This document shows, piece after piece, positions 49,486 through 61,264 of a stretch of 64,000 nt of DNA. The notes below the pieces were generated by a model. The model worked only from the letters and a program-made list of their open reading frames with translations, did no database searches and had not been told where the DNA came from. Position 1 is the first letter of the stretch. Every line of letters begins with the position of its first letter. A program made the position numbers and the translations under genes. Origin of the DNA: Isurus oxyrinchus (Eukaryota); assembly GCA_026770705.1 (NCBI GenBank), contig JANJGN010000089.1, forward strand, positions 434,001-498,000, in the 5' to 3' direction.

Positions 49486-50002
49486 AATTTATATCTCTTT
49501 TTACAAATAGGGAGGCCAATGCTGTACACAGTATTCCAGATGTATCCTCACCAAGCTCCTGTACAGCAGTAGTAAGACTGCACTACTTTTATATTCCATT
49601 CTTCCCCAATAAATGCAAACATATCCTTTGTCTTTCTAAAACGTGTTGGACCGGTATACAAACTTTTTTAGTGCTTCATGTAGTAGAGCACCACTCTCCT
49701 TGTACAGATATGGTCAGTTGAAGAAACTCCTTCCGCTCAAATGGAATCTGAGACTAAGGGCCACAGTTCAAAAGAAGATAGATTTCAACATTGGAATTAG
49801 GAAACAATCCTACACACCAGGGGTGCTGAAAGTTCAGAGCTCCCTTCTGTACACGGTAACTGGTGGTTTTAATATAAATCTGTGATCGATAGCGTTTTAT
49901 TGCAAAAAATCAATAATGTGAAAAAGCGACTTGGTTCCCAATTGACCACGATATCTCTGAATAACCGAACAGAATCTAGTGACTTAATTGCCTCACCAAA
50001 AG

Positions 50003-50090
50003 CAAGATTGGGGAAAAGCGGATCATCTTTCGGCTTTGCACTCTACAGCCTCCTGAACTCAAAACTGAGTTCATCAATTTTAAATCATAA
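50003..50090 (+). mobile_element. Penelope-like element GIY-YIG C-terminal remnant (another at about 54880-54955, minus strand)
   Basis: Translates 'KIGEKRIIFRLCTLQPPELKTEFINFKS*', matching the EExxIFRLGTLQPxGLNxEF motif. Confidence 0.7.
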
Positions 50091-50806
50091 TATTCGTCTC
50101 CATCTTGTTTACTTTTTTTTTCTTTTGCCGGCTTGGTTTGGCCCCGTTTATTTAATTATTCATTCATGTTGTCTTCGGGTGGCTGCTATGCAGCCATTGA
50201 TAACCTCAGTTAGACAAATTGCATTTTACCCTGTACTGTAAGGGATTCAGAGTACAAGAAGAAATAAGTCTTGCTAAAATCGTACAGGGCTTTGGTGACA
50301 CCATAACTTTAATATTCTTTGCAGTTGTGGTCTCCATATTTAGGGAAGGGTACAATATCATTGGAGATGGCACGGCGAATGTTCACTGATAGGCCCCTGG
50401 AGCGAGGGGACTGTCTTATGATGAGAGGCTGAGTAAAATGGATCAGCATTCCGGCACTCCCAAGCGGTGGTTCCATATGTTACTATCCTGAACCACCAAA
50501 GCAGGCGTCCATCATGCTCCCGGCGTAAGTTCCATTGCCATCGCCCCTGCCATGAGGTTCAATCTCTCCTTGCACTATAACTGTGCAGATGAGGCTATCC
50601 CGAATAGCTGGCAGGGAAGGCATAGTTTTATATGTAAAAGTCCGTTTAAGGAAACTTTGGATTGTTCTATAAATTGAACATTTTAGGCAGTCAGTGAAAC
50701 ACTGGAGTCACTTACATAAATCCCAATAGATATTTCATTGCAGTATTCAGCACTAAAACCATCCCACAAAAGGGCGTGGGCCATGTGAAGTTATAGCACT
50801 CCTGTG

Positions 50807-50945
50807 CACAACCTGTGCACCATCCATGCCAAGCGAGTCATCATCTTTCCCAAAGACATTCAGTTGGCCGCCGCGTCCGCAAGGAGCGTGCCTAAAACAC
50901 GGCTTCAGTATCAATTGTAACAACGGCTCTTTTCGGAGCTACCAA
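50807..50945 (+). pseudogene. 3' fragment of a replication-dependent histone H3 gene with a histone stem-loop
   Basis: 'NLCTIHAKRVIIFPKDIQLA/(R)RVRKERA*' with a 1-nt deletion, stop at 50893-50895. It is followed by AAC-GGCTCTTTTCGGAGCT-ACCA at 50925-50940 (canonical GGCTCTTTTCAGAGCC). Confidence 0.88.
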
Positions 50946-51334
50946 ATGGACAAAGGGAACAGACATGATCTGTCATTGCTGAGAGCAGCATTTCCCCACC
51001 CACTAAATGTTCTTTACAACTGAGTGATTTTAATAACACCCAGTGCTTTGCTGGGACATTTCAGGGGGACAGTTAAGAATTCTGTGTCTGGAGTCACATG
51101 TTGACCAATCCATGGTCATGATGACAGATCTGTAACCTGTGATCTGTGTCTGATTCCGGTAATGCAGCTGGTCTTTAATTAATGGATTGTGAGTCTGATA
51201 TCTGACCTGGAATTCAGAAGCAGCATCTCGCGCACCTGCCAGGACCTCACTTTCCCACAACAAACCGAATATGAAATTGTTTCCCCATTTGCAAATTCAA
51301 TCCTTGTCCCTTTGTACCTCTGACTGGAATCTCA

Positions 51335-54300
51335 GCAACGTAATACCCCACCGAAAGAAATGCAATCTTCAAAGCTTTGAAAGCCTGGTGCAGATCAACG
51401 TTCTCATTTCGCACTCTCATACAGCCCGTAACATGAACAACAATGTTGGCAGCAAAGCAGTGGGATACAATTGATAACTTTGCATTGCAAAGCTCGGGTT
51501 AGTGTAGGCGTTGTGAATTAGTTGGTTAAAACGCCTGTTGAATACACATAAGATTCTGAGGTCTTAGAGGTTCCTTTATCCGTTTTGTCGATTCATGGCT
51601 TTAAATTAAACCAATGATGTTCAGGAACAGCATTGAAAATTAGCCGCCTATATAATGAAGCCGAATAGGACCATCATTTCCTCGGGAGTTTCATCCAGAA
51701 GGATCATTTCGAAATATTGCCGGCGATACCGGTGAGCGATGTTTGAATGATTTATGCAACTGCACGTTAGGCAGGAAAGAGTGGACAGGGACAAGTGTTG
51801 GAGTTTCTTCGATGAAGCCCTTGGTCCGACAGATCTATTTCCACTCCACACTTTGTGATTCGCTCAATTTAGAACGTTGCTCCGAATGAGCTTGGATGTT
51901 TTCTCTGCAATGGTATCACACGTTCCCACAGCAAACACCGTATGAAATTGTTTGTCCACCTGCGGAATCCATCTCCATGTCTGTTTAGCTTCCCACTACA
52001 ATTATACCTTCCAGGAATCAATGCAATATTCAAAACTTTAAAGGCCCAGTGCAGATACCTGGGTAACAACAGCTGTCACATCACACACCACTGGTCAGGA
52101 GCGAGTAGTTGCTGCAAGTTAGAAGATTTGTGAAATGAATCCAAAGGGAGGCTGCCGGTCTGTCTGTGAGCGAAACGCTCTGCATCTGATGAATCAAAAA
52201 ATAAGGAAACACTTAAAAAGTTTGACTTGACGCTTGTTAAACAATGAAGATGGATATCGGGAAAGGCAGAGTGCAGCCTGGGTATCTCAGTCGGTAGAGC
52301 ATCTGAGGGTCCAGGATTCAAGTCCCTGTCTAGGCTCTGCCGATTGATAAAAGGTGCTCACTACCCGTGAAACGGCAAAAAAAAAACAACAATGGTACCT
52401 GAACTTTTGAAGGAGAGCTGAAGAAATGGAGACGTTTCCTTGATGTTCGAAATTGTGGCAGCCTCGGTCAATTTTAAGAATTGTTCCAGATAGTCCAAGT
52501 GTGGAAAGTGCTCCTTGACTTTCCTCTTGTTTGGCATTATCGCTGTGGAGCTGTGGCAGGAATAAATGTTAAAATTCAGCCCGGTTCCTGCCGCCGGGGG
52601 AACGGCTTCTCCGTGTTTAACCTAACAATTCATTTTAACAGGTTAGAAACCTCGATCAGATCACAAAGATAAAAGCAAACTACCGCAGATGTGGGAAATC
52701 TGACACAAAAACAGAAAATGCTGGATCAGATCACACTTCATTGTTTAATAATCAAGAGAATAGAAAACAGTGAATCCCTGAAATTAAAAACAACGTGCAA
52801 GGAGCGGGGAGAAGGCGTGGGATTGATCGTAGGCCAGCACAGAACGGATGGGCCAAATGGCCTCCTCTTCTGCTGTACCCATTCTATAATTCCTCGAATC
52901 TAGGATTATGAAACTTGACCTCCAAATGTAAACTACTGAACTCTGGAATCCCACGCGTGAATCAACGCCGCTTCCATTCCAAGGTCAATCTATTCCTGGT
53001 GTTTCCTGTGTGTGGTGTCTGTAAGAAAATGACAACAGGGGCAGGTGTGTCATGGATTTCCAGGATTCTCAAACATTTAGGTATTTCCTGATTGAATATC
53101 CGCCTCAATTCCCCATTCCTGAAAATTCTCAGTTCACACTGTCTTACAGCCACTTAGCAGGTGAAGAATTTCCAATCAGTTTGCAGCAAAATAGTGGAAT
53201 AAGCTTCAAAACATCGCTGCCTGGTGTTACTTGGAATTTTTTGCCGTTGGTTAGTGGGTGATATCTTAGATCGAGTAATGGAGGCGATCCTGAGTTTGAA
53301 TCTCAAAGGCGCTTTTACTTATTTCAAATTCATCAGGCAAAGCGCTGAGCATTTCGAGTAGGTGGAGAGCGTTTAGAATGACACGTGAATATAAAGGAGC
53401 ACAACAGGATCGAAATTTCCTTTGAAACGAACGTGCACCGTTGTCTTTAAGTATCGCTCCCTCTTCAGTTCAACTGAATGAACCAGTGGGTTTGGCGGGT
53501 TACGCGAATGAAAACCGCTTTGGGGCTAGCGCAGAAGTTTTGCAGGAAATCCCACGTTCTTTTCCTCTTTGATCTGGATTCGCCGCACACACTTTCACAA
53601 AGAGAATCATTAGGGATCAATCTTCCAAAACTTCGAAGGATTTGAGAAGTAATTCTAGCAAAAACCAAGGCTTTAAAGACATCTCGATCAAACACAATGC
53701 ATTTCAATGAATTTTGTTCTCCACTTTCAATCCACATGGAAACTGTTCTCGACATGAATCTCACTGAAACAGAGGGTGACCGTGTGGTATCTGCCAACGT
53801 GTGGGTGATGCGCTTGGGACATTGCAGGACTCTCAACTGGGACTAACGCAGGACCCCAGGGTAGGATTGCTGCTACGCTTGGGACACATTGACAGTTTTT
53901 TCTTTTATTGTTTTGTGCATGTGAGAATCGCTGGTAAGGCAATCATTTATTTGTGGAGCTTCTTTCTCCAGTCAGTGTTAAATTGACCACTACCATTCAG
54001 GATTACAGAGCTTAACCCTGACCCGTTGGCTATGGGGTTAATTCGAAAGCGATTCTCTGTGAGGACAGGAGACAGAAGTTTCATGGCACAAAAACCAAAA
54101 GGTGTTGTCATTGGAATAAGATAAACAAGACTTGTAGAAGGCAATAGTTCAGCCTCAGCTGTTGCATCCCGTCTGGTTCTGGGCGCTGCTGTTGAGGAAG
54201 GATGGGAAGAAGTGAAGGATGTTGGGAACAAGGCAGAAAAGATTCACGACAGTGTTTCCTGAGATGAGGAAATTCAGTTATGAAGTTAGATTGGAAATTT

Positions 54301-54595
54301 AGGACTATTTTCCTGAGACAAAAAAGGCTGAGAGGGGACTTGATGGAGGGATTGAAATTCACAGATTGGATGTGAAGAAAATGTTCCCGTTCCTGAAAGG
54401 ATCAAGTTCGGGCTGGTGCAGATTTAAAGTAATTGTTAAAAATGCAAAAGTGACACGAGAACAAAAAAATGATTCTTTCTCACAGAAAGTGGTCAAGGTC
54501 TGGAATGCAGCACCTGAAAGTGTGGCCGAGGCAGGTTCAAGGGAAACATTCAAACGGGAGTTAGACTGTTATCTGGAACGGGAGAACGTTCATGC
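51335..54595 (+). repeat. Paralogous copy of window 656-2875 (51335-53592) followed by a copy of 1-655 (53950-54595)
   Basis: Collinear matches as described for 1-655 and 656-2875. Confidence 0.85.
52276..52336 (+). pseudogene. tRNA-Lys(TTT) pseudogene lacking most of the anticodon arm
   Basis: GCCTGGGTATCTCAGTCGGTAGAGCATC^TGAGGGTCCAGGATTCAAGTCCCTGTCTAGGCT has a 12-nt deletion between the two ATC repeats of GCATCAGACTTTTAATCTGAG. Confidence 0.88.
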
Positions 54596-55489
54596 GGGCA
54601 GAAGGCGGGGAATGGCACAAAGTGAATTACTCATTTGGAGAGAAGGTGGTGACAAAATGGGTCGAATGACCTTCTCCTGCGCTGTAACATTTCTGAGTTT
54701 CTGTGATTCTGTGAGTATAATAAGGAAAGAAAAGATGTGCCCAAATGAGGTTGGGAATTGGCAGCACAGCATCCGCCCGAATGTAACATGGAGAATAAAG
54801 ATAGAAACGTGACAAACCAAACCGGCCAGAAGAAAACAATACACGCTGGAAACAACATGGAGACAGATGCTAGGGTCTAAATCCGTTGAACTTAATGTTG
54901 ATTCCGGAAGGCTGCAGTTGGAAGATGAGGTGTCCTCCTTGGAAGTTTGCTGTTATTGAAGCCTTATATTCCCAAAGCACGTTCAGTGACGTTGTGCCTG
55001 ATTGGAGAAGAGCCTTATATGCTCGCCTTTGCCTCATATTCCCTCATACCCTCTAATAAAATTCTATGAATCTCAGATTGAAAATACAACAATCGATCCA
55101 ACATTAGTTTCCGTGTACAGAGGGAGCTCTGAACTTCCACAACTCTTTCTGTGTAGAATTGTTTCTCAATTTCCATTCTGGCTTTAGATTTTTGACTGTG
55201 GCCCTTAGTGCGAGATTCCCAGGAAACAGAAGTAGGTTCTGGCACTGATCTTATGTTTCCCTTGGCATCCAGAATTCTTGGATCAAATCAGTGCATGAAT
55301 CACGAGGGAGGATGTGCTCCAGGAACAGCCAGTGTCTTCCAGGGACTGAGCTGTGTTTTACTGTCCGTAATTGAGGAGCATGAGGAGGGGATTCAAGACG
55401 CAAATGGTGTTGCAGAGCAAGAAAGTTGAAAGATTGGCGACGAGTGAGAGCGAGGAATATAAATGGCATTCAGGACTTTTTTTCCAAAT

Positions 55490-56070
55490 GACTTCAGACT
55501 GAGAGAGCGCCACATTGTCCGAGAACTGAGGGATTGCTGCACTGTCATTGGATTTGGACTGAGGGAGCGTTGCACAGTCAGTGGGTGAGGACTGAGCGAG
55601 CGCTGTCCTGCCAGGTGGTCAGGATTGAGAGAGCGCTACACTTTCAGAGGTCAGGACTGAGGGAGAGCTGTACTGTTGGAGGGTCAGGATTGAGCCTGTT
55701 GCACTATCAGGGTCTCACTGCTGAAGGAGCACTGCGCAGTCAATGGATGAGGGCTCAGGGAGCGCTGCACTGTCGGAGGGTCAGGACTGATCAAGCGCCT
55801 TACTGTCAGATGGTTAGGCATGATCGAACACTGCACTGTCAGAAGGTCAGGAATAAGGGAGTGTTATGTTCTCAGATGGTCAAAACAGAGGGAAGGCTGC
55901 ACTCACAGTCAGCCAGAAATGAGGGACCACTGCACTTTCAAAGAATCAGGAAAATGGGAGCGCCGCACCGTCAGTGGGTCAGGAATGAGGGATCGCTTCA
56001 CTGTCAGAGTTTCGGGGAATGCGGGAGCGCCACACAATCAGTGTCAGCGCTGTCAGAGGGGAGCTGAGCG
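55490..56070 (+). repeat. 33-bp minisatellite, about 17 degenerate units (gggtcaggactgagggagcgctgcactgtcaga)
   Basis: Visible periodicity. ORF 55534-56067 shows matching 11-aa repeats (GALHCQRVRTE-like). Confidence 0.88.
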
Positions 56071-57904
56071 CTGGACTGAGCTCATAAATTGATCCTATTC
56101 CGCTCCTTAATAATTCCACTCCAAACTGGAACACTGCAGGCAACTTTTTGAGCATAAGAGGAATAGCCAGTGAACATTTCAAGAACTAAATTCAGAGAGA
56201 GAGATAGAGACAGAGACCTAAATAGAACAAATGGAAGAAAGCTGAAAGCTTTGCTGAAGTCCAAGTAGACTACATCAATTGCATTTCTCTCATCTGCAAA
56301 CCTGGTCACCTCTTCGAAAAATTAGCCTACCCAACAATTAGCCCTCTCACAAACAGATTTCAGGTTAATCCATCTATTTCTAACCTATAACCTTCTTTTC
56401 CTAATTACTTGATTACAAACCATAGATAAAATACTAAAGGTATTAAAATTATCAGAATCAATAACACAAACCCTTGAGCTGCCCCCAAGCATACATTTAA
56501 ACCCTTTCCCAGTAAAACATGGTAACTATTGACTTTGATTCATCCTCCTCATCTGCAGATCACCTCACACAATTCTAAATTATTGGAATGTCGTAAGTAC
56601 ATACAGTTCAAACAAGAGTTTATGCATGGACTTTAAAGATTCTCCAGCTCTCTTCACCTGCATCCACCTTATGGATATTTTCTAAATCAAAATCCCTTTT
56701 CATTTACATTTTCCTCCTCCTGGTACATACCAGTGTATTTAATTGTACCCTGGTTCTTCTAAAGTCACTTTTTCTGTGGAATATCTGTTTTATGCCTTGG
56801 TGATTTATAATGTTTTATCACACTACTGATCACATTAATCCATTCATGTGGTTCTGTTGCCAAGTATCTGAGCAAGTCTGGGGCCCATTCTTCAGTGCAG
56901 GAGCATTATACATTTCCACATGTTAGTTACTGCACACTAACATATCATATCTGCGCACTCAAACCGATAATGCAGTATAATGCCATCTAATACAAGCCAC
57001 TCTTCACTCTTAGGTAATCTTACCAGAAGTTGTTCAGGGGCATGGGGGTGATGGGAGGAGGGGGTGGCATCTGCCTGTAGATATTTGTTTATCCCCTCAG
57101 TTTGCTGCAATGCCCAAGGGAGTGGGCAGACTATCAAAAGGAGTTTCCTTAAATCATTCAGAGGCAAAGACACAAAGATCTCGAGATAAAAACTTATTAG
57201 TTTCATCTACACTTTCCTGACTGTCATTAAAATGTACATAGATCCATACGCATTGATGTATTCCAGTCAACTATAGCCAGGAAGAGTTATTCTTTTCCAG
57301 TTGTTGGTATGATTTTGCTCTTATATTCTAAGTGAGACATCCCATTAATTACTCTTCTCTCTCATGCATGAGTGCTGGAGAAAGTTATGGTCCAATAATA
57401 TTCAAATGACCTGGTGTTTTACTTCAGAGACAGCAGGTTTTGCAATCAGTTTAGGGATAACTCCCAAATCTCCTGTTGTCAAGCAGATTGTCTTGAAAGA
57501 TAACAAATGGGATGAAGCCAAATCTTTAAAAGGGAAAGTTTTGAGTTCAATGATCACTGAGCTGTCAGTAGAAAGGGTGAACTTCTCTGCTTCCTTTCAA
57601 AAGGGTGGAGCAAACATTCTCAAATTTGCACAACTGTGTCAACTTTTTGTAATCAGGTAAAAGACAAACCAGAAACTATTTTAATCTTCAGTTTTTCCAG
57701 TCCTTCTGACATGTTTCTCAGCTTTGCCCAAGAAACAAGTTTTCTTTTGCTCTTTCATCAGACACCTTTCCAAATGCCTGTAATATTACTGGAAATAAAA
57801 CTAAAACAGCTAGCTTTCACTGGAAGAAAAAACCTTCAACGTTGTTAGACCAATAAGAGTAAAAGCGGGCTGAGCTACCCAGAGCTTGTGTGCTGCAAAG
57901 AAAT

Positions 57905-59330
57905 GGGCCTGAATTTGATGCTCTGTGTCTGGCTGGTTTGTCGGCGGTTGGCCGGGCAGGGGAATGGGAGCGGGAAGGAGGGGGGAGGGGATGGTTCAGT
58001 GTTAAATATCACACAGACTTTCCACTGCATTCACGCCTGCCCGATCTCTCAGCAATTTAATGCTGGGGTGGACGAGGTCACAGATGGGCTGCCCACCCCT
58101 GTCCCAATTGAGAAACATAGGAAACAGGAGCAGGACTTGGTCATGCGGCCCTTCGAGCCTGCTCCACCATTCAATATGATCATAGCTGGTCCTCTATCTC
58201 AACGCCATCCTCCCGCTCTCTCCCCATGACACTTGGCACCTGCAGAGCCCAGAAATCTATCAATTTGCTTCTTAAATATCATCATTTGCAGTTCTGTTGA
58301 AGGGTCATGAGAACTCGAAACGTCAACTCTTTTCTTCTCTGCCGATGCTGCCAGACCTGCTGAGTTTTTCCAGGTAATTCTGTTCTTGTTTTGGATTTGC
58401 AGCAGCCGCAGCTTTTTGTTTTTTATCCTTCATAAATATATTCACTGAACGGCCCTTTCCTGCCCAGCCTTAATGTTTAAGCTGGGGGACTTCCCGTGTT
58501 TGGAGGATCCCTACAATGATCCAGTTCAGGACTTGGGCGAGGGATGTGGGCGGAGTGAAGGTTCCTCCATCAGGGGTGGGTATGGTGCTGTAGTGGTATT
58601 GTCGCTAGACTAATACTCCCTAATCATAGGCTACAGCTCAGGGAATACGGGTTCAAATCCCATTACAGCAGCTGGTGGAATTTGAATTGACTTCAACAAA
58701 ATCTGGATTAGAAACTAGTCTCAGTAATGGTGACTATGAAACCAATGTCTATTGTTTTAAAGACCCATCTTGAGCACGAATGTCTTTTAGGGCAGGAAAA
58801 CTCTCATCCGCCATCCTTACCTGGTCTGGCCTACATGTGACTCCAAACTCCTATATTACTCCAGAGTTATGTGGTTGACTCTTAAATGCCCTGGGAAGTG
58901 GCCTAGTCAGCTATTCTGTTCAGGGGCAGTTACAGATGGGCAATAAATTCCTTCTTTCCTGGGACACCCACACCCCATGAACGAATAAGGAAAATCCTTG
59001 CCCCCACACCTTAAGCCCGGTGCAAGGCCACCCTCCACCAGGCCTGAGGCCTCCAAAACTTACCTGTTGCTGGAATTTTGGGAATTAGGCTCTGGGAGCT
59101 GCTTCCAGTCCCGGTCATTTCCACTCCTGGAGCCTCAGGGACCAGAGACCGCTCGGCCAGTCAGAATAACCAGTAGTTCTCTGAGGCGGGACTTCCTCCC
59201 AGTGAGGGGCGGAAGTTCCACCTGCAGCCAATTGACGCTCATGCCAGAGTGAAATGGTTCCGGGGCAGTGGGAGTTGGTGGGGATGTGTTCACCACCAAC
59301 TCCTCGAATGGAGGGAAGAGAATCCTGGCC
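57905..59330. mobile_element. GC-rich non-autonomous element (DNA-transposon/MITE-like) carrying nested CR1, Penelope-type and SINE insertions
   Basis: Ends 'gggcctgaattt' and 'gaatcctggcc' are weakly inverted. The interior is interrupted by recognisable younger repeats at about 58110-58450 and 58572-58990. Confidence 0.45.
58572..58990 (+). mobile_element. Full-length tRNA-derived SINE with a LINE-like 3' tail
   Basis: A box 'TGGTGCTGTAGTGG', B box 'GGTTCAAATCC', core 'ccatccttacctggtctggcctacatgtgactcca'. The tail 'gatgggcaataaat...cccacaccccatgaacgaat' is shared with the LINE end at about 47040-47100. Confidence 0.8.
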
Positions 59331-60469
59331 GTGATCATATGAAACGCGGAGCAGGCTGGACGGACTGTTTGATTTACTCCTGCTCCTATTCCCTCTGTTC
59401 TTGTGTCAAATCTGTCTGTAACCCTCCTGCAACTTGTGACATTTTACTTTGTTAAAGGCGCCTTATAAGTGGAAGTTATTGTTGTTGCTCTAGTTATGTA
59501 TCTTTTATGTTTTAATTATGGTCGTTAATGATGAAGTGACAAGAGTGCCTGAACCGTCCTTGTGGATAAGCGTTAGGAAACGTCTATTACTGGTCAGGGT
59601 CACTGATTCCTTCCTGACATTAGAGACCATGGGAAAGGGAGCAACAGTTCAGACCTTGTGAGTGTGACAATAAAACATGATTAAGAGGAAGAGTCCCAAT
59701 CAGACAGCTCACAGGCAAGAACGAAGCAGAGAGTTCCTTCTTACTGTCTAATGTCATCTCCAAGACATCGGGGAAGAACAACCCAGGATGTGGAAACAGG
59801 AAAAGCCTGTTCAGCTCCCTTGACCCATTTAATAAGGAAAGACCCCACGTCAGGACTTGCGCAGGATCCTAACACGCATCTCCTCACAAACGTCCCATTT
59901 CTGACCATCTGGAGACAGGAAGATTTGGGCCCATGGAATTTACAAAATGATATTTCAATACAAAATAAACAACTCTGAAATCAAAATAAAACATTATTAA
60001 AATAAAGGAGGGGAAAGTTCAAATCTCTCTGTGGAGAAGCTGGTGTAGAGAAGGTTCAGGGCACAGAACTGTTAACCCAAACGTCTCCACAGATGTTTCA
60101 GGATCAGCCTGTCCAGCATTTTCAGATTTATTTCTTTTTTTTATGTTTGTATTCGCCGCCTTCTCTTTGGCTTTTATTTCCTGTGAAGCTATCAGCTTAG
60201 TTTTTATTGATATTTGTGTTCGTTTTATTCACTCATGTAAACCTGAGAAATCAGATAGAAATGGTGCATACTGTCTGATAAAGGATAACATGGTTAATTT
60301 ACAATAATCCAATGAGTGAAACAATATCGTTATTATTTCTCTCCTACTCATTTCTCACTATAAAATGTGGAACTATAGAGCATAATTAACAGACAGAAAC
60401 TATTTGCTTACATTGCACATTGTGGCTGATTTTGTAACACTGACAGTAAATGTGAATCTGAGCCGTCTC

Positions 60470-60712
60470 AATCGGTGAGTGGGTGAATGGGAGCGATGGG
60501 TCCGCCGGTTGTGCGGAGAGGCTTCGGAAATATGTTGTATAAGCAGCAAACCGCGAGAATGATGCCGGGGAGACCATCATCCGTTTGTATCGAGCGAGGC
60601 CGCAGCTTTTTCCCAGTTACCGACCCGGGAAGATGGCCGTCATCTTTGTTGGAGGCAATCGCTCTGTTACAGTTCTCGGTTCCGGCCAGTAGATGTCCCC
60701 AAACTCCGGAAC
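60470..60712. promoter_or_regulatory. CpG-rich segment with a palindromic double YY1-like site, an ETS site and a CTCF-like motif
   Basis: AAGATGGCCGTCATCTT (60630-60646), TTCCGG (60680-60685) and CCAGTAGATGTCCC (60686-60699). CpG density is visibly higher than in the flanks. Confidence 0.45.
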
Positions 60713-60715
60713 AAT

Positions 60716-61246
60716 GAAGTTAACATTATTTCATAGTTTGCCATGGTGAGATTTGAACTGTTGATACTCTTTCGAGCACAAACCCGTTTCCATCTGTTTC
60801 AGATGAAGTTACATTGTTTCATAGTTTGCCATTGTTAGATTTGAACTGTTGATACTCTTTTGAGCACAAACCCGTTTCCATCTGTTTCAAATGAAGTTAC
60901 ATTGTTTCATAGTTTTGCCACTGTGAGATTTGAACTCTTGATAATCTTTCGAGCACAAACCCGTTTCCATCTGTTTCAGATGAAGTTACATTGTTTCAAA
61001 GTTTGCCATTGTGAGATTTGAACTTTCGATCTTGGGGTTACAAACCCAGTACCATAACCACTTGGCTATTTGGGCCAAGCCCATAACGCCGCTGTAAGTA
61101 CTGAGTAACTCTTGAGTACAAACATGTTTCCATCTGTTTGTACAGATGAAGTTACATTGTTTCATAGTTTGCCATTGTGAGATTTGAACTCTCGATCTTG
61201 GGGTTACAAGCCCAGTACCATAACCACTTGGCTATTTAGGCCAAGC
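60716..61246 (-). repeat. Tandem array (about 88-89 bp unit) derived from a tRNA-Thr(TGT)-like SINE head; five B boxes and two complete tRNA-like heads (about 61002-61076 and 61168-61242)
   Basis: Reverse complement head GGCCCAAATAGCCAAGTGGTTATGGTACTGGGTTTGTAACCCCAAGATCGAAAGTTCAAATCTCACAATGGC. 'gatttgaac' occurs five times. Confidence 0.8.
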
Positions 61247-61264
61247 ATGTTTATAGCTTAGAGA

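Noticed and set aside
53240-53312. Possible tRNA-Gln/Pro remnant ('gcgatcctgagtttgaatctc')
   Set aside because: Only the T-arm region is similar and the paralog at about 2530-2590 gives little support.
56340-57850. Possible decayed retroviral/LTR internal region on the minus strand
   Set aside because: No diagnostic gag, pol or env motif could be recovered by eye; it needs an HMM search.
61002-61242. Functional tRNA-Thr(TGT) genes
   Set aside because: Acceptor, anticodon and T stems pair poorly and the heads are embedded in a repeat, so they are treated as SINE heads.
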